Shown here: positions 13,491 through 26,243 of the stretch, piece by piece
Numbering within the stretch: position 1 is the stretch's first letter
Layout of the letters: each line of letters starts with the position of its first letter
Origin: Sphyrna mokarran
Lineage: Eukaryota
Reading direction: 5' to 3'
DNA length: 64,000 nucleotides
NCBI GenBank assembly: GCA_024679065.1
Contig: JAGIQG010000014.1
Location: forward strand, 6,572,001-6,636,000
Translations under genes and position numbers: made by a program
Notes under the pieces: generated by a model
Told to the model about the DNA's origin: nothing
Seen by the model: only the letters and a program-made list of their open reading frames with translations
Databases searched by the model: none

Positions 13491-14247
13491 TGCGACCAAG
13501 CAACTGATTCATTTCTATACAGTAATTTCCTTCGCTGCACTTTTGACAACTAAATCCATCTACCACGAGGCTTGTGTCAGGTGATGCGCCGGATGCACGG
13601 TAGAGCAATCGATTGAATTTAGTGTTTTAAATTTACTTGGAGGAGTATCTCAAGAGCTGCATTCGACATGAGGAGTACATATTAGCATTTCAAATAAATC
13701 AGTGAGATGACAAAATTGAAATAAATTTTGAAATGGAAATAAGTACGAAACTGATGGATTCTACTTTTTATCACCAGCGTAAGGGAACTGTCGGGCACAG
13801 AACGGGAAATAGCGGAACGGAAAACTGATTTGCATCTTTGAGGAGAGGAGCGGCCTTCTGAATAGTTTTTTTTTATCCCTTGAAATAGCATCCAATGATT
13901 TCTGCTTTCCACAGAAGCGCATTTCGATGTATTGCCATCTTAAAGTGGTAAGAATACAGATTGTCATTGCAAATAAATCGCATACATATCTATGAACTGT
14001 TGGAAGGGCAGAGAATCAGGCTCGATCTTCGTAAATGTGGGGAGGGAAGTTAAACTCCCGGTGTCACGTTCTTCTGAGCTGAACCGCAGCTCAGAGGCCA
14101 TGCGAACCGTTGAGACTTTCCCTGATATTCAACAATTTAACTCGACAGAGAAAAGGCATTGCAATAATGACCGTCTCGCAATTAGTTGCTGAATCAGTGA
14201 GCAGTGAGATACTCCGCAACTATGAGGCAAATGGTACCTTGACTTAC

Positions 14248-14317
14248 CGGGAGCACCAAAAGCTGCTAGCACAGGATAGAAAAGTTCCTTGATCTGAAGA
14301 ATTAATGGACGGGCCAT
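14248..14317 (-). CDS. GPCR copy A-left, coding exon 1 (MARPLILQIKELFYPVLAAFGAP)
   Basis: ATG at 14317, 70 nt, then donor G|gtaagt. Splices in frame to give ...FGAP-ANFVTIVIL (TM1 with conserved Asn); conserved in all four copies. Confidence 0.88.
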
Positions 14318-15709
14318 TATGATATCGAGAAGAATGCAAACGTTTCACTAGATGCACCGTTGCATGTAAGATTCGTAAATTGTCCCCTTTTGTAATGTAA
14401 TACGTTCCCTGGGGTGAAACATCAGGCTGCTTACGAATTGCAGCAACTTAACGCAAAAGATTCCTTTCCTCTGGTTGGCCAATCGACACACTGTCAGTTC
14501 GTCAATTAACATGTGTGATCAGAAAGGCATCCCAGAGCACATGTGTTCTGCATTGGTCCCAGAATTCAGAATGGAACATCCCAATTGACGCAATGTTTGA
14601 TTCTGCCAGCTTCATCATGCACTTGTTTAAACGCACGCATTTAATGCGCAGCTTGCATCTATTTCGCTCCTGTTTCCCTGACTTTTCATTTGATGTGCAT
14701 TGTGACAATTAGTGATGAATCGACTTTTTTTATTTGTGGCCATTATCTCACTTTCCTGTGTCTTTACTACATTCTGAATTGTAGAAACTAAACTACAAAT
14801 TCACTATGAATATTAATTTATCATTATCAATGCAAACTGTAATTAAATGTGTATGACCTACTGAATCATTACTTGAGGTGATACTATTTCAGATACTTCC
14901 GTGCCAATCCGTGAAACATAGATTAGGCTTGGCATATTTTTTGTCATCCCTCTGACGCATCAGTAAGAAATTGATACGAAGCGATTAACACAGCTTGATG
15001 GGCACGTTACATTGCTCTAGATGAGTGGCAGCAAGCTACCGCTGGATATTGATCTCAGTGCAGCCGAGCTGCAAAGAAAATTTCAGAGTGCTTTGAAGCA
15101 TTTTATTGCCCTCAACTGGAACTTTAGCTATTTGAGATTTCAGTCAATCAATAAGCGATGAAAATAGTTCCTTGCCGTGTGGACACGATATTTCATCCAT
15201 TGAAACAGTTTTTGCAGGAGTCTACCCTGACCAATTAGCCAGTATTTAATTGACGAAATGTTTGCTGTCTCTGGACGAGCAATGCCTCCATTTTAACTCC
15301 TGATTCTTAAATTCAAATTCCACATAGCTACGCTACTGTCCATCAATATCATGACTTCCACCCAAAGATTTGCTAAGCTTTACTATTCTCTTATCTTGGC
15401 ATTTTGGATACTGCTCGAATTTGGCTTTCGGATTTTCAACTGAATTTATCTAATATTCCAAATCACGAGTTCGTTTCCCCTTAAGAATCTATAGCAACCT
15501 TCATATTTGAGCAGGATTTTTCACGAGAGTTGATGCCTCCTTCTGTGCTCAGAGCCAGTGTTTTTACCATGTTTTCTATTGATAAGTCTTTTAGCAAGAA
15601 GATTGGAAGGTTGGTTACTTCAATGACGCTTCAAAGACAAGCTGTTCTTGTGAAGAATAATATCTATTACATTTAACTTTACTTAGTCGATCCATATGAA
15701 GTCACGAAT

Positions 15710-16248
15710 TGGGATCTAGAGTATGCCCTTCAAAGTCTGCTCGTCCATTTAATACGTTTCAGGCTGATCTGGTTCTAACTTCAATCCCACTTTCCTCCCA
15801 ATTTTTGATTATCTTTCACCCCCTTGACGCTCAAGCAAAACATCTTACTATGCTTAAAATTATTAAAAGACACTATTTGTATTTGGAGACAGAGACTATG
15901 AGTGGCGCACGACCAAATGTAAGAGAAACAAAATCTATTCTCAGCCTTCAATTAGCGACCACTTATTTTTAAGCTTGCACTCCTCGTTCCAGATTTTCTG
16001 ACAATAAAAAATATCCTCTCCACCTTCACTCATTAATGCTCCTCAGGATGGGAAAGCTTTTGATCAAGTCATCAATTACTCTTGTCAATTCTTGTGGATG
16101 AAATTTAACCTCTCCAATCTTCCATCATCGAACAATTCAATTATTCCTAGAATTCGTGTAGTCGTCGAATATTCCTTCAGCAATGAAGAAGATCATTTTC
16201 ATTTGTCATCCAAGGGTTGTGCTGACCAGTTATTGAGGTCTCTAATGA
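15710..16248 (-). mobile_element. Old CR1 3' fragment upstream of GPCR A (mirror ~49270-49808)
   Basis: Paralogous to 34010-34565. Confidence 0.5.
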
Positions 16249-19200
16249 GCGTGATTTTCGTAGGTTCCACTGTAGTGAGGACAGGAGAATGCGGCTTGCA
16301 GGTCGTCGACGGCGGTATTCTTAGGTTTTTTTTTTAACGTGCCTTGATACTATCCATTACCTCACGAATGCGGATGCAGAGTTGGAAATTACACTCTTCC
16401 AGGCTTAGAGGTCCTGGGGAAATGTCTTGCATGATGCATTGTTAATTTTAAAATCCTGAATGATAACTTGCAAGGTGCCCTTTACACGTTTCGTCTGTGC
16501 ACCACTGAAGAGTACTCTATTTTTTAGTTCAACACCGAAGATTTAAGAGGGAATCATTGCTCAGGCATTCCGGCGACTGCTTCAATTCATCAGAGCAGTT
16601 TTTCTAACAACATTGGGAAAATCCTGACCATACAGGGTCTTCCGAGGACCTGTGTGTCTGGGAATTTGCCCTGCGTCTTGATTTTCTGACGTTTGTTGAG
16701 GCAGCAAAGGTAGAAGAGATGAATTTCATTCTGTGTCAGTTGTAGCCCGTCCAGGTCTCATTCTTGCAAAGAAGAATGGAGATTGGGGTTGTTCAGTTGA
16801 CATTGAACACGGCACTTCGCCTCACCCCTCAATTTCCGGTAAAGAGCAGCAACGATTTGGTAATTCTGGCCTTGGGCTCGCCATCCATCAGAACATAACG
16901 TGTGGAAGTGCTGCACATTTGGATGAACTTGTCCACAGGTCGCAACCTCTGTTTGTCTACTCTCAGTGCTAGCTCTTCATTGAGATTTACTTGGAGCAGA
17001 TTGAAACATGACTTACGTCTTCTTTATACTGATGGCAAGACCGAACTTATTGCATGGAGCAGATCAATTATGCATTGCTCACTGAAAGCATTTAGTGCAC
17101 AGTCGCCAGCAAATTCAAATTCATGTAATCTATCGTTGAGGAATTTCGTCTTGGTGGCGTCGCAAATTGAAAATCTGGTTGTTTGTTCCATAGCTGATTT
17201 CTATGCCTAATCCTTAGCCTCGATGGCATCAGTGCGGAGGGGTTAAGAACATGATGTTCAAGATAACCAGTGCCAGTATGCAGCACTATTACACTCCATT
17301 GATGACAGTAAACAGGGCCAAAATCACATTGTCAAGGAGGAGGCGGGCCTGTATGCCATATTGCAACCATTGAATCATCGGGTTGAGATTGTCTCGAAAC
17401 CCAAACTTCTTTATAATCATCCAGAGCCCTTCGCTGCTGACAATTTCGAAGGCTTCGCTAGATGGATGAATTTGGGGCATTGTTCGGCATTTTGTTTTGG
17501 GCATTTCTCCTGCATTTGGCGAGCAACACACACCATGCCGATGGCTTCAATTCTGTTTTCTTTTACTCACACTGGCTCTCCGGAAAGAAGCCCTGCTCAA
17601 GTCAGTCGGTTTAGAAGCATTCTGGCAAAGTCCTTTCCGGAAATAGACGGTGCATATAATTAGTTGTGTTTGTCACAGGACTGGAGATTGACTTTATTTT
17701 TGCAGATGTGAGCAAAGAAGCAGTCATTGAAGTATTGTGGAAGATCCCTTTCCCCCCCATGTGAACTTCAGAGATGTGTGTACTTTGTGAGCCTGTATGA
17801 TGCACCATATCTATAGATTTCTGCTGGAATTTGATCGGCTTCAGGAACTTTGTCATTTGACAATTACATCAAGCAGTGTCGATGGAGTGCCGAGATAAAC
17901 GGTGGGATTAACCTGGGGATGTTTACTTTACTTCATTAATATGGGACAGTCAATTGAGGACATTATCGAAGGCTCACCCGTCTGTAACATCAGAAATTAC
18001 GTTGTGAGTACTGTCGACTCTAAAACACTGAATAGCGGAGAACAATTGTCTGGGTGAGCCCTAAGGAACATCTTGACAGATTCGTAGCGGTGCCTCATGT
18101 AATTTTTGCCAACTCAGACTTACGTTTCATCTGTCTTTTGTCTCAGCCACTTGCCCTTCATCTCATGTAGTCTGCCTTGCAGTGTGCTACGAATGGGGTT
18201 ACAAACAGTTACTATGTCTCCCAATGTTTCATTTCGTTTCATTAAGGCATTCTTTGTATTTTTGCTTCGAAAGGATGCCGGATTTCAGGGCCATTTTCAT
18301 CAAAACATTCCTGATTCTTTCCCTCTGTGTGACCCAGTAACCGTTAAGCTGTGGCGTACACAGTGTCCCATCAGAAACACCGAAGTCCCTCGATCTTGTC
18401 TCCGGGTTTCTGAAGGTCACTTGGCCTCCTTCGACCATCAGTGAACTGCAGTTGGATGTGTTCGATCTTTAAACTTGAGATTTTCAGTCGTTCGGTGATC
18501 GTATTCCCTTGAGGACGTTACTTTAACTGAATCTTCAGGCATGCTTTGGAGGTAACAGTGCTCAATCCAACAGTCGGTGCCGCATAGGGTCCGAATCATC
18601 TTTAGGTCCTGACCTTTTGCAGTTCATGAGGTTCCAAAAGCCATCTTTTGCGTCGACGATTTCAGGATGTCTGAATTTGGCATGGGAGCCAGAAAACTGT
18701 GCTGGTGAGATGAAGTTCATGCTCAGCGTTAAATTGCAAGCGTGACAGTCCATTGCTGTTGCTTTTGCCAAATGCGTTTTCAGGACGACACCTCCCCAAG
18801 TTTGGTTATCTGTGCTGACTCTGGCATTAAAGTTACCAATTTTTGTTCAGCTTGTCGATGTCGCTATAATCAGGAAGTCAGCAAGTGACTTCACAGAACT
18901 CAATATATATAGTTTTTACTGTTTTGCTTCCTGTCAGCCATTGTGATCTTGCAAGATATGAGACAGCCATTTAAACTCTCTTGAAGGCTGATCAACGTGT
19001 TCACCATTTCATGATTTTTTTTTGCACAAAACCCCCATCGGCCTCGGTCCTGTCCTCTTTGGGTGAACAGTTCCAGAACGAAGTGCATCCAACCCCTCTT
19101 TCCCTGAATTGAAATTCCTCTGCCAGGCACATTCTGCTAAGTGCGGCAATGCCAACTTTAATTCGGCAAGGGCCTCTGCCCTGGAGGTCAGTTTTTCTGT

Positions 19201-19530
19201 TCTATCAGCTTGGCTGTTGGCCAAGAGGATGCGTACATTCCTTGCACCAAAAGTGAGATTTATCACATTTGTTTTCTTCCTCTTTTTGATATTGCTGCCG
19301 CTAAAGAGGTAAGAACTCCAAAGCGGCTTCTGTAATTTAGGTATTTTTTGGGAGGGACACCCTTCCTATCTCGTACCTCGGACGTTTTTTTGAGCAGTGC
19401 TGTCTTTAAAATGGCTCTTCAGTCTTTCAACGCATTCAACGCTGCTTCGCTTCAGTGACAGATCACCCCATGGCCTGAGCCACCTATATGCAGATTCACA
19501 GCTCCATTTAGAGTGTGTCACTCAAGCTGT
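16249..19530 (-). mobile_element. Degenerate near-full-length RTE-clade LINE
   Basis: Relic peptides LTFGARNVRILLANSQADRTE (cf. RTE LGTWNVRTLLD...DRPERRT) and AFEIVSSEGLWMIIKKFG...FTVINGV (cf. KAFDTVSREGLWKI..KFG...VTNGVKQG); many stops and frameshifts. Confidence 0.8.
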
Positions 19531-19629
19531 TTTGTCCCTTATTCCACGCATTTGAGATTTGGATGATAGAAATATGGAGAGAATTTGATTTTAAGTAAGG
19601 GACAGTTGACTCACTCGCTACTCGTGTAT

Positions 19630-20265
19630 TGCGAGAGAATAAAATCTCACAAAAAATTATAATTACGTATATTCTTACGAGAACTTTTAAGTAAGGTCCG
19701 TATGATAAAATGTGACGAGATCAGCATGTTAATCGATAATAGCTAATGTGATCAAAGTATGTTGACCAATGTGATAGAATCAGTATGGTAATCACTTATA
19801 ATCAATGGATGTAAGCAGTAACAGCCTCGGGAAATAATGGTTGTTGATCAGTTACTCAGCTTAAATATGATCATGAAGGGTAGAATGTAGTAAATATGTT
19901 CTCTTTATCATTCGGCTTAGGCTAGCTAAGCCACAAATTGTTATATAAGCAGAATGAATTGGGCAAGGACAGATTGTAACTATCATGGTTTCACTGTATC
20001 AAATAGTGACCAATCCGAAACGAAGCAGATAACCAATAGCTCAGCAAAAATAGCGGTTAAAGAAATCCAACCTTGAGAATGAGATAAGGGTCTCGGGGTA
20101 TGTAACTACAGCAAATATAAAAAGACTGTAAGCGAGCAGTTCGTTGGATTGCTCCGGACATCCCGTCTCTATTCTCTTGCACTGAAGAATGAAATCTTTT
20201 TACGTGGGAGATCAAGGCTCATTTGATCAGCTAAAAGTTCGTTGTCATCCTGGGGAAGCACGACA
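19630..20265 (+). mobile_element. Probable solo LTR (636 bp)
   Basis: TG...CA termini flanked by direct repeat GTAT (19626-19629 and 20266-20269); two CCAAT boxes (~20011, ~20034), TATAAAA (~20117), then a degenerate polyA-like signal. Confidence 0.6.
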
Positions 20266-20529
20266 GTATCCAGTGGCAGCACTGAATCCAGATGGCTGGA
20301 TTTAAGCAGGGCGCACTACGTGATCTCCTTGTGTCTCGTTTTGCTCATCGTGCTCCATAATACTTTGATGATTCTGCCTTTCATTCTGCTGAATGTGCTA
20401 GTGTTTCTTCCACGCAGTCAGTAAGATTTCTCACATTCAGGTAGGCTACCCAAGTCTCACTGATGACGTCAGCACACCCGTTACTCTCAACTGTTTTATC
20501 TCCCTCGCAGGAGTAATTTACCGTGCTGT

Positions 20530-20790
20530 GGAAGCAGCCGCCTTGGATTCCTGGCCTGGGTCACTGTATATGCGCGCTCTGCCCGTTCTTCCCGTCTCTT
20601 CGTGGGTTTCCTCTGACTTTACGGGCTTGTTCGCACTGTCAGAAGTTCGTGCTGGTTTGCTGCTTTAACGATGCTAATTTCTCCTTCAGATTACCCGCAT
20701 AGGTACTGGAATATGACAGCTTGGGAATTTTTATAGCCACTTCATTGCGGTGCAAATATTACCCGACATATGACACAAATATATAAACAT
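20530..20790 (+). mobile_element. Degenerate V-SINE-like element (mirror ~44722-44982)
   Basis: gattcctggcctgggtcactgt...gttcttcccgtctcttcgtgggtttcctct...acttcattgcggtg follows the typical shark SINE layout. Confidence 0.65.
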
Positions 20791-21159
20791 AGCTTAATCT
20801 TAATTTCAACAGCCACTTGGAGCCTTAGTTGAGAGATGAGTGCCATATGGTGTCTGGAGCGTGCGAACTGCTCCAAGAAGAGCGCAGCACGTTCCCTGAC
20901 ATGGACCTTTCTCCTGTCACCCCTTACACTACAAAATACAATTAGAGTACTTTACCATCTCTGAACTGCTTCTAAAATGTTCGCACTTTCTTTGATAAAG
21001 AGGGCAATTCTCTTGTATTTTGTGATTTGAACAATTGAGAAATATACAGAATGATCTTCCTTGTCTCCACGCTGCCACAACAAGCACTATATATAAAGAA
21101 AAACATTTTCCTAGACTCAGAATCAATTTCCATGTCGCTGTGGATTTCCATTTCTTTAG

Positions 21160-21515
21160 GGCAGAAGAAGAAGGAACAGGAGTACGCAATTCAACCCCTC
21201 TAACATACTGTGCCATTCCATACAATAAGAATTAATCTATCGCACTCTTAACTACACTTTCTTGACGGTTCACCAAAAGCCTTCAACTTTATTAATAATA
21301 ACAATAGCTGTCTCCTGCTTAAATATACTCGATGGCCCACTATCCACCCCATTGTTGTGCAGTGAATTCTACAGATTCACAATCCTTTGAGAAGGATAAT
21401 TGCACCTCACCATTGCTTAATGTTTGCTACCCTTTATCGAAGAGTAAGACCTTTCGTTTTAGATTGTCTCTTCGTTGGAAGTTTGCTTTCCACCTCTACG
21501 TTGCAAATTTCTAAT
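21160..21515 (-). mobile_element. Old CR1 3' fragment (mirror ~43997-44352)
   Basis: aggaacaggagtacgcaattcaacccctc resembles the reverse-complemented CR1 tail (aggagcaggagtaggccattcagcccctc). Confidence 0.55.
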
Positions 21516-22358
21516 GCTGATGTGCGCCATAGAAAGATAATGAGTTACAGAGACATGACGTACAAGTTTTCAATCATGGTATCATGGCCTTATGTTGCAT
21601 CTGAACTGACATTCAGAACTAAAACACCCCAGATTTGTCCCTGCACATGGCCCGTGAAAGAAATAAAATGGTTACATTGGTTCATTTCACAGGACTGAGG
21701 AAATTGTTAAAGCACCTTGATGACAATTGACTTTTTGTGCAATATTGAAAGACATACATCGGGTAAAATCCTGTCATTGCAGACTGCTACAGAAAAGGCT
21801 GACTCTAAGTTCGCCACTCAGAACATTAAGGTGTACGTTATTTATGAGAACCCGAGCAAAAATACGATAATCATGCAACAAAGAAGAGAATTTCGAAGAG
21901 AACACAAAAGCACAGTTGACAAAAGTATGCAAATTCGTCGCTGCTGAACTGCTTTAATGTTTTACTTTTAACTTTGGAAAAGTATGCTTGTAATTGCTGA
22001 ATTGAAATCGACATGTATCTCATTTGAGGATGCCAGAGGAATGTTGTGTATTGAGGTCTGTATCTTGAAGTAACATATGTAAAACTTATTGATTAGCAAC
22101 CAGAGGGAAAACTCAGTTAGTTACACCTCTGAAACACTGGACAATGTGTTACTGAATAAGCCAGTCCTTCAGAAGACATGGTTTATTTAAATCTGCAATT
22201 CAACATAAAGGAACAATGATAGTGACAGTGGGGCTTGAGAGTTTTTTTGGGGAGTTTGGGACGAGTGTAGGGGCTGGGGGAGTTGTAAGGGAAGAGGAGT
22301 GAATGATTGGAGCCTGCAGGAGGTTGCAGTTGTCTGCTCAAAGGGGATGGGGAGTGTG

Positions 22359-22362
<4 letters not shown>

Positions 22363-22401
<39 letters not shown>
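22363..22401 (+). repeat. (TG)19 microsatellite
   Basis: Seen directly. Confidence 0.98.
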
Positions 22402-22402
<1 letters not shown>

Positions 22403-24009
22403 GGAGGTGGGAATAGTGGAGAGGCCTTCAGCCTCAGGGATGCAGGTCTGGTCGTTGTTGACCAGCAGAATGCAGGTGCCCGTTCCGGTGGCTTTTCCCT
22501 AGGCTCTGGGAGTACTCCTAGTGTATGCCCAGGCTTCTTGGGTGTTTTTCTGTCTCTGGAAGCCGCTCTGGAGGAATCCCCGGCCCTGAGGATGCAACGC
22601 CCGCTGCTGCTCACTTGTGGGCAGCTGCTCCGCGTCACTTCCAGACGGGAGTCTCCAGGGCACTAAGAATCGTCAATCATAATAAAATGCATTCGAGCAT
22701 TATTAGAGACTTTTAAAAAATTAGAATCAAGTTTGTGAAGCACAGAAGAAGAGTAGAAGGAAGACTAGAAAGATTATCTTGGAAGACAGATAGAGTATGG
22801 GACGCTCTATTTTAAAAGAGGTTGTCTGCTAATCCTCGCACTCGCCCTCGATGCAGTATCCGTCATGGTCATTGATGAATAAAAGTGGCTACTATTCGCT
22901 ACTTATTCTGGAAAGGTGAACGAAGAAGGATATCAAAACAGAAAAAAAGAAAAATAAGCAAGATTTAGGGTAGTTCTGTTTGCAGTTGACATTGTGGCAT
23001 TGTAATCCCCAGATAGCAATCCAGACACCGCTCGTATGGTGTGGATTCTTGGGGAGAACACCTTCATATTGTGGAATTTGAAAACGATATTTTTTCAAAA
23101 AATGTGTGATGACCATGAATGGATTGTCGTAAATACTTTCCAGTTCACGTATCCCATTAGAGAAGTGAACATGATATCCTCATCTGTTGTGAAGTTCTTT
23201 CCAACCCATCGCAATCTAGTAGATTGTTATTTTTTTTTGTCTCCGGGACGATACGAGAGGAATAGTAAATTATATCGAGGCCAGCCCCGATCCCAGTAAT
23301 GGATAAAAAGTGTTGCCCTTAGTCTTTTTAATGAACCTTCGTGTGTATATAACACGAGACTCTAACTGTTGGGTTTGTTGTATGTGCTCATCTCTTCCTG
23401 ATATTAATGATTTTTTTTATTATTTTTGCAGCGATGTTGCCTACATGACAGCATATTTTTGAGCAGAAGTTTAGGGCATCATCATACAAATTACATATTG
23501 GTTGCTTCATGTCTCCATCAGTAATTATATACGCACAACGTTTGTGGAATTCAACCAGTAGGCAACATTAAACTGAATGCATTCATTAACTTTCTGGCAA
23601 GCAATTCCAAATGGAGGGATCCAAGTTGTTTGACTGGTATCTGTCCTGCATTTCCCCTTTCATTGCTGCAGCTGCCAAAGTATATAATAAATTACCTGCT
23701 GCTCAGTAATGTAAAGATACAGCAATCTCCTGGAGGAAGCCATGAATCAACTGGTTAAACTGCACATTTTCACATTCTCTAGATTCTGAATAGAAATCAG
23801 AGCCATGCATGTTGACGAATTCTGAACTGGTGATTTCATCTGAGACAAATTGGAACATAATAGATAAGCGCACAGTACTTGGATGAACATGGCGTTTGGA
23901 GGGGGATGACAATGAATGGAAAGATCAAAGGGATTTTAAACTCTGTCATTTAGCATTAAACTAGGGGGTCGCATGAAACATTAGGTGGCACTTGCCGTGT
24001 ACATTAACA

Positions 24010-24915
24010 TTTGTGGTGTGAGGCTGCCTATGGTCAAATGCGACTGATGTAGAGTAAGGCACCAAATCTTTGTTACAAAACAACTATGGTGTAAGTTAGC
24101 ACCACCACGATAGAGCAGTATCTGTTGTAACGCAATTCCTGAATTTAAGAGGAAACGATAGTGTACGGTAAAACGTACGGTGTGATGCTTTACCTGTGGT
24201 GTGAGGCATAACAGTGTACGAAACACTTGTTACTTAAGGCGGATCCAACATTGTCAGAAGATTACTGTGGTTTAAGGCAGAACATGTTGTGTAAGATAGT
24301 AATTGTGGTGTAAGGCAGCACCTCCAATATAAGACACTACCTATATTGCAAAACGGTACCTATGTCATTCGTCATTTTTTGTTGTGTAAGGCACCATGCG
24401 CGGTGCAAGGCAGCATTTTTGTCGTGAGACAGTACCAGCTTTGTAAACGTGTGGTATAATGTAGAACCTGCAATGAAAGACACTTTCCGCAGTGAGGGCA
24501 ATTCTTGTGGAGAAGTGCAATATCTTGGGTGAAAACATTTTCCGCGGTCTAAGGTCCTTTGTTGTAACACAACAACTACGGTGTAAGGCAGTCCTTGCGG
24601 TTTAAAGTGGTACCTGTGTTATAACCCAGCTCAGAAGTTTCAAGGTATTGTGTGAAATCAGCCAGCACCAGTGAAGGCAGTGTCCACGTTGGAAGGCACC
24701 AGCTCCGCTGTAAACCAATTGTTGTAGTGTAAGGACATGTGGATAGTGCAACACAATACCTCTGAAGCAATCAGTACCTGCGGTGTAAAGAAGCTCCAGT
24801 GGTGTAAGATGGAACTTATGATGTAAGGAAGTAGCTTCGATGTTTGAGAGCACTTATTGTGTAACAGCAACTGCAGTGCAAGGTATTATTTGCGTTTTCC
24901 TGAAGCACCTGTGTT
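24010..24915. repeat. Degenerate ~19-bp minisatellite in unit B; mirror ~40596-41500
   Basis: Same unit; paralogous to 4330-4945 but longer. A further short stretch lies at ~25785-25980. Confidence 0.78.
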
Positions 24916-26243
24916 AGAATGCATGCCAGCAATTTCAATGTGTTTAATGAAGTCGGCCTGAAACGTGCGTTTTGTACATTGAATTTGGCGCAGGTAAGCT
25001 TAAAATGTTTGACTCCAGGTATGACTTAAATGAACTGCTGCTGAGCTTGTCCCATAAAGTAAATTTCAGAATATAGTTAACACATAGAAAGAAAAGTAGC
25101 AAAATGAATTTTAGCAATTACAAACCAGAAACAACCAATGTATTATATAAACCTTAACAGCTCAGCACATCATGCGTACTAGCATACGCCACTAGTTTCG
25201 ATTTAGCACAAAAATTATGTATGCCCAATGAGTTTTCAGCTCTGTGAGGCCTGTGGTTGTTCGTTCTTTAGATGGAGAAAAGAAACACTTGCTTCTCCAT
25301 TCTGGAACTCCCAACACCTCGAAGTGGAGATAGTGCCGCTGCTTTCCTTCAGCTTGCAAACTATCAACAGCAAAGCGTTCACTCCAGAAAAGTAAGAAAT
25401 ATTATTTCAAACTAGCCAGCAGAATTTTAAATAGAACAGAGAGGCAAAATAGTGCACCCAGCCTCGAGTCTAAGCAACTTCGAAATAAAAACAACCAAAA
25501 CTAAAAGTGAAAGAATCTTGCGAAGGTAAATAAAAGACATCTCTTTCCCTTTGACCGATAACCGTTGTCCCGCAGCAATTCCAAATTTCCAATAACTCTA
25601 AAAGAGTGCTTTAGGTCCAGATTGAAAATAAACACAACACAAATTAATCATTTAAGGACCAATTAAATTACATTAATCAGACAGCTCGGTGCCTGTTTAT
25701 TATTGCAGAAAACACGATTAAACATACATATCTTAAACATAGTAGCCTCACCTCTGCATTGTCATTCGTTACTTGAAGTCAAAAGCAGTACCTGTTGCAA
25801 AGTGGTATCTGTAGTGTAACATGGATTTATTTTTTGGTTAAAGGTACCGCCTGTAAGACAGTAACCGCGATGTAAAGGATTATCTGAGTCTAAGGCAGAA
25901 GTTTTGGGGCTATGCAGTGCTTGGAGTGTAGGGCGACAACTGTGCTGTAAGGGCAGTAACTGTGATGTCAGGAAGTAGGCAAGATGTGGAGATGCCGGCG
26001 TTGGACTGGTTTAAACACAATAAGAAGTCTCACAAAACCAAGTTAAAGTCCAATATGTTTTTTTTAGTAGTAAAGGACTCTAGCATTTGAGGCTCTGCCT
26101 CTTTGTCAGTTGAGTTCACCAATGATTCTGCAGTAGCGTCAGAAGATAGAACAAAGAGTGGAATAATGCTTCTGATGTCGTTTATTTAAAGACACCGTTA
26201 TATTGTTTGTGTCAGGGAGGCCAGCATTCAAACGTGTACTTCA

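Larger units (their letters stand above)
1..16248. repeat. Paralogous unit A (older segmental duplication, homologous to unit B)
   Basis: 1-575 matches ~21342-21900, 2260-5975 matches ~21910-25980, and 10855-16248 matches ~26140-31291 plus the reverse complement of 34010-34190. Clearly more diverged than the arms are from each other. Confidence 0.9.

Noticed and set aside
22183-22716. ORFs with VCVCVC / THTHTH runs as metal-binding proteins
   Set aside because: These are translations of the (TG)n microsatellite.
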